Assembly: GCF_009914755.1 (NCBI RefSeq)
Contig: NC_060938.1
Direction: 5' to 3' (one strand)
Length of the DNA: 64,000 nucleotides
DNA from: the human T2T-CHM13v2.0 reference genome, Homo sapiens
In this document: positions 48,380 through 64,000 of the stretch, one piece after another
Layout of the letters: every line of letters starts with the position of its first letter
Numbering within the stretch: the stretch's first letter is position 1
Program-made: the position numbers and the translations under genes
The notes under the pieces: generated by a model
Databases searched by the model: none
Told to the model about the DNA's origin: nothing
Seen by the model: the letters and a program-made list of their open reading frames with translations, nothing else

Positions 48380-50238
48380 TTAGTGGGTGCTTCATTCATG
48401 AGAATAAAGGGAAAAAATTGCAAGGCATACTAAAATCCAAAAAAAGAAAAAAATACAATTTGTGTCAACAGAGCAAGCTTCAGAAACAGACAAAGATATG
48501 ATTTTGGAATTTTTTTTAAACCTCTGGAGAATATGCTAAGGGCCTAATGAATGAAGTAGACAGCATTCAAGTGTAGATGGGTAATGTAATCAGAAAGACA
48601 GACATCGTAAGAAACTTCAACATAATGTAGTGGTAAAAAATGTGGTAAATAACTGAAGAATACCTCTGATGGCTTATTAGTAGACTGGACTCAGCTGAGT
48701 TAAGAATCTCTGAGCTTGAGGATTTATCATCAGAAACTTCGAAAACTAAAGAAAAGAAACACTGAAAAGAACAGAAGATGATATCCAAGACTGTGGGACA
48801 ACTACAAAAGGTGAAACAGAGTAATGAGAATACCAGGAGGAGAAGAAATAGAAGAAAGTTCTGCAACAACCATGTCTGAGAACTTCCAGTATTAATGTCA
48901 GACACCAAACCAAAGATCCAGGAAGCTCCGAGAACACCAGGCAGAATAAATGCCAACAACCTACACTTGGACATATAATTTTCAAACTATATGAAATAAA
49001 AGATAAAGGAAAACTCTGAAAGAAACCAGAGGTGGGGCAGAAAACACCTTACCTACAGAGACACAAAGATAAGAACTGCATTCAACAATGCAGAAACTGT
49101 GAAAGCAAGAAGACAGTGAAATGAAAAATTCAAACTGTTGACAGAAAAAAACCCACCAACCTAAGTTTCTGTACCCACTGAAACCACCCTTCAAAAGTGA
49201 AGGAGAATTAAGGCCTTCCTCAGAAAAATAAAAATTCAAGAAACTTATTGCCAGGAGACCTGTCTTGCAAGAAATGTTAAATGAAATTCTTTAGAGGGAA
49301 ACAAAAGATATATAACTGAAACCTGGATCAACATTTTTTTAAAAAGAGCATTAAAGAATTGTGGTACAATAAAAACCTATGTATTTATTCTTAATTGATC
49401 TGACCAAGAAGTTCATAGACAATAACAAATACACACAGATAGATTATGTATGCTTATACAGAAGTTAAATGAGTAACACTAATACAAGGAATGGAATGGA
49501 AGGATGGGAGGGAGGAATTGTGGTACAATAAAAACATGTATTTATTCAAAATTGATCTGACCAATAAGTTTGTAGATAATAATAAATACACACAGATAGA
49601 TTATGTATGCTTATACACAAGTGAAATAAGGAAAAATAATACAAGGAATGGAATGGAAGGATGGGAGAGAGGAATCAGGTGTTTTCTTTGTTAAGCAGGT
49701 AGTCACCCGTGAAGTGGGATAGTGTTATCTGAAAGTGGACTTGAATTGGTTGTAAATGTATATTGAGGAATTAGGTGTGTTCTTTGTTAAGCAGGTAGTC
49801 TTATTTGTGGGATAGTGGGATAGCGTTATTTGAAAGTGGACTTCAATTTGTTGTAAATGTTACTGAGGAATTAAGTGTTTTGTTTGTTAAGCAGGTAGTC
49901 TTATTTGTGGGATAGTGGGATAGTGTTATTTGAAAGTGGACTTGAATTGGTTGTAAATGTATATTGCAAATTCTGTGGCAACTAGTTAAAAAAAAAGTTT
50001 TAAAAAGAGAAGTACATGCTAAGAAAGACAGGGAAAATGTAGTCATCTAAAATCATCAATGAAAACTGCAAAAGGCAGAAAAAGAGTGGTAGACAAAAGA
50101 ATGGAGACTGAGGAGAATGAATAGAAAACAGTAACAAATATAGTAGATATTAATCCAATGATATCAATAATCACTTTGAATGTTAATGGTATGAATGTAC
50201 CAATTCAAAGATAAAGATTGTCAGAGTCTATCAAAAGA
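48380..50238 (+). mobile_element. Old L1M 5'/ORF1-region fragment with local tandem duplications
   Basis: ccaaagatccaggaagctccgagaacaccaggcagaataaatgcc..cccttcaaaagtgaaggagaa; duplications at 49357-49680 and 49670-49966. Confidence 0.75.
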
Positions 50239-50956
50239 CAGACACATCTTGTTTCACTGCACTTTGCTTTATTGTGTTTTGTGACCATGTGTTTTACATA
50301 TTGAAGGTTTGTGGCCACCCTGCAATAAGCAGGTCTCACTGGCACCATTGTTCCTACAGCACGTGCTCACTTCACGTCTCCGTGTCACATTTCGGTCATT
50401 CTCACAGTATTTTAAGCTTTTTATTATTGAATCGGTTATAGTGATCTGTAATCAGTGATCTTTAATGCTACTGTTGTCATTGTTTTGGGAACCACAAATC
50501 ACACCAGGATAAGACAGCAAACAATTGACAAATACATTTGTTCTGACTGCCCCACCAATGGGCCATTTCTCTTTCTCTCTCTTTTTCTCAGGCTTCCTTT
50601 TATTAACATTAAAATGTGGCCAATTAATAACCCTACTATAGCCTCTATATGTTCAAGTGAAAGAAGAGTTGCATGTCTGTCACTTTAAACCAAAAGGAAG
50701 AAATAATTAAGCTTAGTGATGAAGGCATGCTGTAAGCAAGACAGGCCAGTAGCTAGACCTCATGCAACAAACACTTAACCAAGTTGTGAATGCAAAGGAA
50801 GTGTTCTGGAAAGAAATTCAAAGTACTACTCCAGTGAATACATGAATGATAAAAAGCTAAACAATCTTGCTGCTGTTATGAAGAAAGTTTAATTGGTCTA
50901 GATAGAAGATAAAAAAAAAACAAAAAAAATTCCATTAAGCCTAAGCCTAACTCTCT

Positions 50957-51263
<307 letters not shown>

Positions 51264-52118
51264 TCTCCCTTCAATTCTATGAAGACTTAGAGAGGTGAGG
51301 CAGCTGCAGAAGAAAAGTCTGAAGCTAGAAGAGCTTGTTTCTTGAGGTTTAAGGAAAAAAGTCATCTCCATAACATAAAAGCGCAAGATAAAGCAGCAAG
51401 TACTGATGGAAAAACTGCAGAAAGCTATCTAGAAGATAATTGATTAAGATGGCTACACTAAACAGATTTGCAATGGAGACAAAACAGCCTTCTACTAGAA
51501 GGAGATGCCATCCAGGATGTTCCCAGCTAGAGAGGAGTTGATGCCTGGCTTTAAGGCTTCAAAGGACATGCTGACTCTTTTGTTAAGGCCTAATGCAATT
51601 GGTGATGTTAACTTGAAACCAATGATGATTTACTATTCTGAAAATCCAAGGGCCCTGAAGAATTATGATAAAACACAGCTCTGCCTGTACTCTACAAATG
51701 GGAACAAAGCCTGGATGACAGACTATTGGTTTACAAATATGGTTTACTGAATATCTTAAGCCCACTGTCGACAACTACTGCTCAAGAAATAAGATTCCTT
51801 TCAAAGTATTACTGCTCAATGACAATGCCGCTGGTACTCAAGGGCTTTTACAGAGATGTATAAAGAGCTGAATATTGTTTTCATGCCTACTAACCCAACA
51901 TTCATTCTGGTGCCCTTGGATCAAAGAATAATTTCAACTTTCAAGTCTTATCACTTAAAAATATATTCATAAAGCTATAGCTTCTCTAGAAAGTGATTCC
52001 TTTGATGGATCTGGGCAAAATAATTGAAAACCTACTGGAAAGGATTCAACATTCTAGATGCCATTGAGAACATTCATGATTTAAAAAAGATCAAAATAGC
52101 AACATTAGGAGAAGTTGG

Positions 52119-52462
<344 letters not shown>

Positions 52463-52990
52463 TCACGACTTCTGTGGAGGAAGTAACTGCAGATATGGTG
52501 GAAATAACAAGAGCACTAGAATCAGAGAAAGAGCCTGAAGATCTGGCGAGACTGCAGCAGCCTCTGGAGAAAACGTGAGAGGATGAGTTGCTCCCACGGA
52601 TGAGCAAAGAAAGTGGTTTCTTGAGATGAAATCTACTCGTGGTGAAGACAGTGTAAACAATGTTGAGATGACAACAGATTTACAATAAACTTGGTACAGC
52701 AGAAGGAAGGCTTGACAGGATTGAACCCAATGATTTACAATAATACATAAACTTAGTTGGTACAGCCGTACGAAGGTTTGACAGCATTGCGTCCAATTTT
52801 GAAAGTTCTACTGTGGGTAAAAAGCTATCATCGTATGCTACAGTTAATTGTTTTGTGAAAGGGAGAGTCAATTGACACAGCAAACTTCAACGTTGTCTTA
52901 TTTTAAGAAATTGCCACAGCCACCCCAACGCTCAGCAACCACCACCTTACATTAACATAAGACTCTCCATCAGCAAGAAGACTGAAACTT

Positions 52991-53256
52991 GGCCAGGTGC
53001 AGTGGCTCACACCTGTCATCCCAACACCTTGGGAGGCCAAGGTGGGTGGATTGCTTGAGCCCAGGACGTCAAGGCAACATGGCAAAACCCCATCTCTACA
53101 AAAAAAAAAATACAAAAATTAGCTGGACATGGTGGCATACACCTGTAGTCCCAGCTAGTCAGGAGTCTGAGGTGGGGGTTTGATTGAGCATGAGGTTGAG
53201 GCTGCAATTACTCCAGCCTGAGCCACAGAGTAAAACCCTGTCACACACATAAAAAA
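52991..53256 (+). mobile_element. AluJ-like element inside Tigger1
   Basis: ggattgcttgagcccagga diagnostic. Confidence 0.88.
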
Positions 53257-53518
53257 GATTGCAGCTTTCTGAAGGCTCAGATGACTGTTAGCACTTGTTA
53301 ACAATAAAGTATTTGTAAATTAAAGTGTGCATACTTTGTAGACATATGCTATTGCACACTTTATACAGCACAGTATAAACATACTTTTACATGCACTGGG
53401 AAACAAAAAGAAATTGTATAATTATTGCAGTGGTCTGGAACCAAACCCACATATATCTCTGATGCATGGCCGTCCTGTATTGTACACTTAAAAAAATACT
53501 TAAGAGGGTATATTTTAG

Positions 53519-53825
<307 letters not shown>

Positions 53826-53950
53826 CTCATTTTTTAAAAAGGGTGAGAATGAGAAATATATGGGGGGTGATGGTCAAGTTTACGGTATTATTTGTTGTGA
53901 TGAGTCCTGGGGCGAATATTTATCTCTATACTCATTAAGATGTATATATT

Positions 53951-54222
53951 CGGTGTCACACGCCTGTAATCCCAGCACTTTGGGAGGCCGAGGCAGGTGG
54001 ATGATCTGAGGTCAGGTGTTCGAGACCAGCCTGGCCAACATGGTGAAACCCTGTCTCTACTAAAAAAATACAAAAATTAGCCGGGCGTGGGGGCGCACGC
54101 CTGTGATCCCAGCTACTCAGGAGGCTGAGGCAGGAGAATTGCTTGAACCTGGGATGCAGAGGTTGCAGTTAGCTGAGATCATGTCACTGCACTCCAGACT
54201 GGGCAACAAGAGTAAAACCTCC

Positions 54223-54255
<33 letters not shown>
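53951..54255 (+). mobile_element. Alu with (CA)n tail
   Basis: Alu body, tail converted to a CA repeat. Confidence 0.9.
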
Positions 54256-54257
<2 letters not shown>

Positions 54258-54279
54258 GGTATATATTAAATATGTGTAA

Positions 54280-54920
<641 letters not shown>

Positions 54921-55050
54921 TAAAATTTAATAAAAAACAGGTATTTGCAAGTTTCCGTTTTGTTATATGCTTATTATTCTTTATATTTATGTCAGGTTGC
55001 TGTGTCAATACACTTAGGAGATCATAGTTTCTAAATTGAAATACAAATAA

Positions 55051-55415
<365 letters not shown>

Positions 55416-55583
55416 TAAGAATGCTTAAAATGTTATAAAAACAGAAGCACAATTCATTATGTGTTTCATTAATTACCTTTATTAAAAACAACACAATTAT
55501 ATTACAATAGGACAAAAAATGTTTAAGCAAATGAAAACGAAACCATGACATACCCAAACTCAGGAGGAGGCAACAAAGGCAGT

Positions 55584-55826
55584 GCTAAAGGGAAGCTTAC
55601 AGCTCCAGATGCTTAAATTAAAAAGAAGAAAGATCTCAAACCCATGCTAAAGGGAAGCTTACAGCTACAGATCCTTAAATTAAAAAGAAGAAAGATCTCA
55701 AACCCATGCTAAAGGGAAGCTTACAGCTGCAGATGCTTAAACTAAAAAGAAGAAAGATCTGAAACCCTTGCTAAAGGGAAGCTTATAGCTGCAGGTGCTT
55801 AAATTAAAAAGAAGAAAGATCTCAAA
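55584..55826. repeat. 62-bp tandem repeat x4 within L1 ORF2 sequence
   Basis: gctaaagggaagctta.agct.caga..cttaaa.taaaaagaagaaagatct at 55584, 55646, 55708 and 55770. Confidence 0.92.
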
Positions 55827-56847
55827 TCAATAACCTAACATTACACCTGAAGGGGGGAAAAAAAACTAATGACAAACCAAGCAAAAGGAAGAAAATAACA
55901 GATTAGAGCAGAGATAAGCAGAATAAGACCAGAAAAAAGGAAAAAAACACTGAGTTTGTTTTTTTAAAGATCAATAAAAATTTTAAAACTCACAGCTATA
56001 TTAAGAAAAAAGAGAAATCTCAAATACTAAAATCATAAATAAAAGAGGTGACAGTACAACAGATGCCACAGAAATGAAAAAGATTACAAGAGACTAATGT
56101 GAGCAACCATATGCCACAAAACTGGGCAACCTAGAATAAATTTATAAATTCCTAGAAACACAAACCACCATACTGCATCATGGAGAAATAAAAAATCCAA
56201 AGAGACCTGTAACTAGTAAGAAGATTCAACCAGTAATCAAAAACCCCACCAAAAAGAAAATTCCATGTCCAGATAACTTCACTGGAAAATTTTACCAAAT
56301 ATTTCAAGAAGAATTAATGCCAATCCTCTGCAAAATATTCCAAAAATGTTCAAAAACCAGAAGGGGACATTCCAATCCATTTATCAGGTCAACGTTTATC
56401 TGGTTCCAGAGCCAGATGAACACCTTTTGTAATAAAAACACTCAAAGAATTAGTAATATATGGAAACTCCTCAGTAAATAAAGATTATACAGGAAAAGCT
56501 CACAGCTAACATCATACTCAATGGTGAAAGACTAAAATCTTTTCCTCTAGGATCAGGAATAAGATAGCAACATCTCTTCCTGCCACTTCTATTCATCACA
56601 GTACTGGAATTTCTACTCAGAATAATTAGTCAAGAGAAAGTAATAAAAAGGATGCAAATTGGAAAGGAAAAAGTACAAAATTTTGTTCACAGACAACAGG
56701 ATGTAATGGGTAAAAATCCTGAAATTCCCAAAATACTGGTAAAATAATGAAATTCAACAAAGTTTCAGGATACAGTAACACACACAAGTCAGTTGCATTT
56801 CCATAAACTAACAATGAACAATCTGCAAATAAAATTTTAAAAAGAGA

Positions 56848-57552
<705 letters not shown>

Positions 57553-58334
57553 TTATAAAAATTAAAAATAAGCTTAACCAAAAGGGCAAAAGATTTGAAC
57601 ACAGAAAACTACAAAACACTGTTGAAAGAAATTAAACACAAATAAATGAAAAGAAAAGCTGGGTTTGCAGATTAGATGATTTCATCTTGGAATGATGTCA
57701 ACACTACTCGAAGTGACCTAGATTCAATACAATCCTTATAAAGATTCCAATGACATTTTTGATAAACAGAAAAACCTATCCTAAAATTCATATGGAATCT
57801 CCAGGGCCCATGAATAGGCAAATCAATCTTGAAGCAGAACAAAATTAAAGGTCTCAAAACAATTACAAAACTGCAATAAGCCAAAAAAAAATGTGGTCAT
57901 GGCATAAAGACATACTTGACACACTTATGGACCAACACAACAGAGACCTCAGAAACCAACCCTGGCATATATGGTCTGATGATCTTCCACAAGGATGCCA
58001 AGACCACTCAATGGCGAAGGACAGTTTCTTCAACAAATGGTGTTGGGAAAATTGTATATCTACATGCAAAACAATGAAGTTGGACTCTTACCTTACACCA
58101 TGTTAAAATTAATTCAAAGTGAATTATAAACCTAAATGTAAAACTATAACTATCAAACTCCTAGGGAAAACAAATTTGGAAAATGCTTTATGATGATGAA
58201 TTTGTCAATAATTTTTAGGATATGACATTAAAAGCTCAGGCAGTAAAAGCAAAAATATATCAAACCTAAAAACTTCTGTACCACAAAGGTAACAAACAAC
58301 AGGGTAAAAGGCAAACTGTAGAATAAATAAAATA

Positions 58335-58547
58335 CCAGTTGAGTGTCCCTTATTTGAAATGCTTGGGATGTGTTTCAGATTTTGTAATATTTGCATTATT
58401 CTTACTGGTTGAGCATCTCGAATTCAAACACCTGAGTCTGCGATGCTCCAATAAGCATTTCCTTTGAGTGTCATGTTGGCACTCAAAAAGTTTCAGACTT
58501 TGGAGCATTTGGGATTTCAGATTTTTGGATCAGAGACATTCAACCTA
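58335..58547 (-). mobile_element. Tigger4a (Zombi/MER46-type) MITE
   Basis: TIRs cagttgagtgtcccttat ... gacattcaacct; body is the reverse complement of the ends of the element at 3889-5162. Confidence 0.75.
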
Positions 58548-59659
58548 TAGTTGCACATCATGTATCTCATAAGAAGTGAACATTCAGAATACGTAAAGTA
58601 CTCCTACAGAGAGACTACCAGAAGCAGAGAGGAGCAGACACATTTTCACACTAGGGCACCTCCTATCTCTCTCGGATTCCAATTACGGCAGAGTAAGTGC
58701 TAGTTCTCTGCCAACCCAGGATTAGGCCCTGCAGCTGCAGTGAAAATAATCACAGAAGAAAATTAAGAAATAAAAAAATGGAGAAAGTGAGACATCAAAC
58801 TAAAATTACTAGAAACCCCAAGGAAGAAGGAAAAAGAAACGAAGAAAACAGAAAAACAATTAAACCAGTTAATTAAACCTTGGCATGACCAGAAGATCAG
58901 AGTTTCCTAAAGGAGTGGAAATTTATTGATTTGAAGAGGATTTATTGATTACTGATTTGAAGAGGAAGAAAAACCATGAATGGTCTAAAGCAAAAGCCTA
59001 GTGTCTGAAGAAGTCAGTAGGGTGAAAACAAGAGCTGGCCAGAATATCCACAGATGGTGACAAGTTGGCAAAGCCTTTACTAGACTACTCGTGAGGCTAA
59101 CTAGAGGCCAAGGAGCCGACACTGCCCCTGTCCTTACAGAGAGACCCTACACAGGATTCCCAGATATACATGGAAGGACAACATCTTATCAGGTCCTCTC
59201 TGTGCAGATGTGGTTATCATTCCAAATAATGAGCTCCAGCCCCAAGACTGTTCCATCCTCAATTGCTTTGAGTGGGCAATGTAGGCTCTCCACACACGAC
59301 CTACATGTAGGTTCCTTGGGTACCCAGATGGGAGCCATGAAACGCAAACCCTCCATGGTCAGGTCTGTATTTGTTTCCTGCCTTTTTCCCAGCAATCCCC
59401 AGGCCCCAGCAGTGGTGGTCTACCTCTGCTGATTCTCATTCAGAATCTAAACTTAGAAACAATTATAACCTAGACCCCAATTCTACCTGAAAGTAACAGA
59501 ATAACATAATCTATACCCTGCAGCATGACTGTTTGCCCAACGTAATGAGGATGAACTGAGAGATAATGAATGATCATGACCCTGGCCCAAGTAATGAGAA
59601 TGAACTGTGAGATAAATGAATGATCATGACAAAAAACCCCGCTACAACCCAACAACAAA

Positions 59660-60500
59660 ATAAAGTGATTAAAAAATGGACAAACAACATTTATCCAAAG
59701 ATGCAAAGATGATATACAAATAGCCAACAGATACATGAGATATATGAGAAGATGTGTAACATCACTAGTCATTAGAGAAATGCAAAAAGAAACCACAATG
59801 GGACATCACTTCAAACCCAATAGAAAGTAACAAGCGCAGGTGAAACTGAAACCCTTGAACACTGTTGTTGGAAATATGAACTGGCTCCTCAAAAAAAAAT
59901 AAAATAAAATGACCATATGATCCAGCCATCCAACTACTACAGAGACAGAATAACTAGTAGCAGGACCTCAAACAGATATGTGCACACCTAAGCTCACAGC
60001 AGCATTACACAGCCACAAGGTGGAAGAAACAAAAACGTCCGTCCAGGAATAGGTGGATAAACAAAAGCATATATATATATGATATATATTATATATATAT
60101 ATAATATATAATATATATAATATATATAATGTATGTATATAATATATATGTAATATATATATAATATATATATGAAGAAATATTATTCAGCCATAGAAAG
60201 GAAGAAAATCGTGACACATCTGACACATAACATGGAACCTACTTACAAAACAACAAATATTATATAACCCTAGGTATATAAGCCAAATTTTTAGAAACAC
60301 AAAGTAGAATAGTACTTGCCAGGAGGTGGAAGGAGGGGGAAATTAATAGTTGTTGAATGGGTATAGAGTTTTCCAAGATAAAAAAAAAATCTAGAAATCT
60401 GCTACACAACACCGTAAATATTCTTAACTCTACAAAACTGTATACTTACAACTAGTTACGACGGTAAATTTTAAGGTATGTGTTTGTTACCAAAATTCTA
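59660..60500 (+). mobile_element. L1M 3' end fragment with (TA)-rich tract (60068-60172)
   Basis: catcactagtcattagagaaatgcaaa..tattattcagccatagaaagg..ggtaaattttaaggtatgtg. Confidence 0.8.
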
Positions 60501-60519
60501 AATAATAAATTATTTATAA

Positions 60520-60819
<300 letters not shown>

Positions 60820-60930
60820 TATAAAAAAATATTTCAAAAAGCCAAAATATTAATCAAACTGGAGTATTTAGAAATATTTAACCCAAAAGAAGTTAGGAAA
60901 GAATATATAGAAGATCAAAACACAGACGAA

Positions 60931-61228
60931 GGCCAGACATGGTTGCTCATGCCTGTAATCCGAACACTTTGGGAGGCCAAGGTGGGTAGATTGCTTGAGC
61001 TCAGGAGTTCAAGACCAGCCTGTGCAACATGGCAAAACCCTATCTCTACAAAAAATATAAAAATTAGCCAGGTGTGTTTCCATGCGCCTGTAGTCCCAGC
61101 TACTCAGTGGGCTCCAGTGAGGATTGGTTGGGCCTGGGAAGCAGAGGTTGAAGTAAGCCAACATTGCACCATTGCACTACAGTCTCGGTGACAGAGCAAG
61201 ACCCTGTCTTAAAAAAAAAAACAAACAA
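60931..61228 (+). mobile_element. AluJ-like element
   Basis: Sense Alu, head-to-head with the previous one. Confidence 0.88.
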
Positions 61229-61229
61229 A

Positions 61230-62040
61230 TAGAAAATAAGTAGAAAAATGGCAGACCTAAATCCAACCTTAGCAATGATTAGTTACAATGTAACTGGACA
61301 AATACTCTACTTAAGACAGAGACTGCCAGACCTGAGAGGAAAGCAAGACCCAACAATATGGCATCCACAGAGACACAATTTAAATACAAAGACACAAAGT
61401 ATGAGAAAAAATATGCTACGCAGACACTAATCATAAAAATATGCTATCCAGACACTAATCATAAAAATCTTCAATGGAGATGTTAACACTAGATGAAAGA
61501 GGCTCCAGAAAAAAAATATATCACCAGAAATAAACAAGGTAATTTCATAAAAATAAAAGAATCAGAGAGGATGATGTTACAATTATAAATTGTGCCTCAA
61601 AGTGCACACAAAGTACACACACACACAGAGCCTCAAATTATGTGAATCAAAAACAACAGAACAAAAGCAGGAAATTGACAATCCAAAATTATAACTGGTG
61701 AATTAATACTGCTCTCTCAGTAACTGATGGAACAACCAGATAAAAATATAGGAAAAATACGGATCTAAATGACAAAATCCTGACCCAAATGGTACTTGGC
61801 AGTACCAAGATAGACTGTCGATCAATTGAGAAAATGTTCAAGCATGAAATAGTATACAAAGTATGTTGTCTGAACACCTGAAATTAAATTAGAAACCAAC
61901 AACAAATTGATATCCAGAAAAGCCTCAAATGTCTGAAAACCAAGTAATAAACTTTGAAATACCCTGTAAGTCAAAAAAGTATTCACAAGGGGAACTGGAA
62001 TGTATTTGGAACAAACTTGTTATAAAAATCATATTTCTGG
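61230..62040 (+). mobile_element. L1M ORF2 endonuclease-region fragment
   Basis: gcaagacccaacaatatg..agagacacaatttaaatacaaagacaca..aattaaattagaaaccaac. Confidence 0.7.
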
Positions 62041-64000
62041 TAGACTAAAGGTGACAACATCTTTCCTGCTCCTCTCTCTGTGAGAACCAATTCCCCTTAA
62101 ACCTTGCCCAGACTACTGACTTGCTTGGCCAACAGAAGGTAACAAAGGTGGTATTTGGGGACTTCAGAAGCCAGGCTGAGAAAACAGAACACTTATCCAG
62201 GAGAAAGCCAGTCACCAGGCAGGAAATCCCACTCCCCTGAGACCCCATGATGGAAACCACACGGCCAGTCCATGACTAGCTACATGCATTGACATCCCCC
62301 ATTGACCCTCTAGCAACACCGACTCCCAACCACTAGTGAGCCTTCAGCAACATCCACTCCCAACCACTAGTGAGCCACCCTGCACACCACCCCGCTGTGC
62401 TTTCACACAATCCAGCTTGGCTGCAACTGTGTGTGAGATGAGCTGGCCACCAAGACTCTCTAAGCCAAAAAACAAGTAATAATGAGTTGTTTTAAGCTGC
62501 CAAGTTTTGGGGATGGTTTCTTCAGAATAGATAACTGGAACAGAATATTGTAGCTGGAAATGAGCCGCTGTGGTAATCAGAAGCTACAATATGTGCCACG
62601 ACTGTGAGGCTGACCTGTAACTGGGCCTCAAGGAGAACATTCATGCAACCTGGAAGGGCAACAAGACTCTTGGTCAGGGCCTGAAAGACGGTGAGAAAAT
62701 GTCATTGGAAACTGGGGAAAAGGCCTGAGAGTTATGTGCTGAGGGACTGTGAGAAAACTATGGCCACAACATGGAAACTGAAAGGGCACTGCACCATCTC
62801 AGGGATCTGCCTAAGGAGACATCTGGGAAGAACATGGAAAGTGCTATCAGCCTCCCCTAACTGTCACTGAATAAACATGACAGGAGAGGGACATGATCTA
62901 AAGAAGGAAGTTCAGTTTTCAAACAAAATTTAGAGAAAATATAAAGAAATAATTTCTTGTCTCAAAAGGCCAAAGAAAAAAAAAAGAAAAAAAAAATTAT
63001 AAAGAAGCCATTGAATACCCTATTGACCATAAGAAAAAGGCAGAGAAAGTTGGTCAACGGCAACCCAGGCACTGAAGGAAAAAGAACATGGAGAATGACA
63101 AAAGCCCAGAGGGAGGAGTAAAAGGACACAAACGCCGTTCTCAGGGACAAGGACTGGGCGCCGTTCTCAGGGACCTGGACTGGGCACTAATCACAGAACT
63201 GTAACAGGCGCCCCATGGTAATGACCAACTGTTAGACGGGGCCTGCAGGGCAGCACCTCCCTCCTGCCTCCCACCAACAGCTTCTACAGGGAAATGCCGA
63301 CTGTTTTCACACCAGTCCCCTCACTGCGGCTGAGTGTGTGGGCACAGATGATAGGTCACAACAACCTTATTCAGTCCTCACTGTGGCTGAGTGCGTCAGG
63401 GGCAGACAACAGGCCACCACAACCTGATTCAGTCCTCACTGTGGCTGTCTGTGGGGGGGCAGATGACAGGCCACCACAACTTGATTCAGTCCTCACTGCG
63501 GCTGAGTGTGTGTGGGTGCAGGTGACAGGCCACCACAACCTGATTCAGGATTCAGTTGGGCTACCAGCCAGTGCCATAAGGAAAACCATTCTGGGACTCT
63601 TGAGAGGGGCAAAGCATAATTTGCCTGTGGGAGAAACGTTAGTAGTTTGTGGCCAGAGGACAAACTGTGGTTTATTAAAGACTGCTGCAGGTTCCTACTA
63701 TGCTTCTCATCAAGAGGTGGAATCTAATCACCTTCCCTCCTTGAATCATGGCTGGTCTCAGTGATGAGTACGACTGGACAGTGTGGCAGGAGAGATGCTC
63801 TGGGACTTCTGAGGGATGATCATGAGAGACCTTACAGCTTCTGCCTGGGCCTCTTGGACACATACACTGGGAGAAGCCAGACAAACCTGACTACCTGACA
63901 CTGCCAGACTGGGAGGAAGTCCGTGCTGGCCACAAAGAGAGGGCTTGGTGCCTGCTCCATGTCCCCAGCCACTAGAGTCCTTCTGGTGCCTGCTTCACGT
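62040..64000 (+). mobile_element. MLT1 (MaLR) LTR, internal and LTR fragments
   Basis: gttttaagctgccaagttttggggatggttt..aatagataactggaaca LTR end (~62540); second LTR from ~63665 (catcaagaggtggaatcta..cttgaatc). Confidence 0.65.
63313..63548. repeat. ~58-60-bp tandem repeat x4
   Basis: cagtcctcactg(c/t)ggctg..cag(a/g)tgacaggccaccacaac(c/t)tgatt units. Confidence 0.9.

Noticed and set aside
51505-51750. Possible domesticated Tigger transposase (TIGD1-like)
   Set aside because: Frameshifts, stops and three Alu insertions break the element.
59091-59432. 113-aa ORF in unique sequence between L1 fragments
   Set aside because: GTG start, no recognisable homology, and no supportable exon boundaries.

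Overview
Primate (almost certainly human) genomic DNA from a pericentromeric or acrocentric-type segmental-duplication mosaic. There is no intact multi-exon gene, RNA gene or CRISPR array. In order: (i) an unprocessed ASNS pseudogene fragment (two exons, each with a stop) ending near an Alu monomer at ~10.4 kb; (ii) a GC-rich duplicon with a complete six-exon TEKT4 pseudogene on the minus strand, whose dead last splice acceptor yields an open 124-aa MAFIP-type ORF; (iii) a 5'-truncated SOWAHC pseudogene; (iv) a CpG island with an intact but orphaned ANKRD20A-family exon 1; (v) a ~2-kb array of ~635-bp units with alternating inverted arms and SNX18 PX-domain fragments, running into a processed SNX18 pseudogene; (vi) an MST MaLR element, a 14-15-bp minisatellite and a 5.1-kb 48-bp CER satellite block with a 480-bp higher-order repeat; (vii) old L1, Tigger1, Alu and MLT repeats. 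The most interesting observations are the apparent derivation of the CER monomer from a MaLR LTR 5' end, the SNX18-derived palindromic array, and the intron-readthrough MAFIP-type ORF. Family assignments rest on remembered protein and repeat consensus sequences, not on searches. The exact paralogous locus cannot be determined from the sequence alone, and repeat boundaries are approximate.
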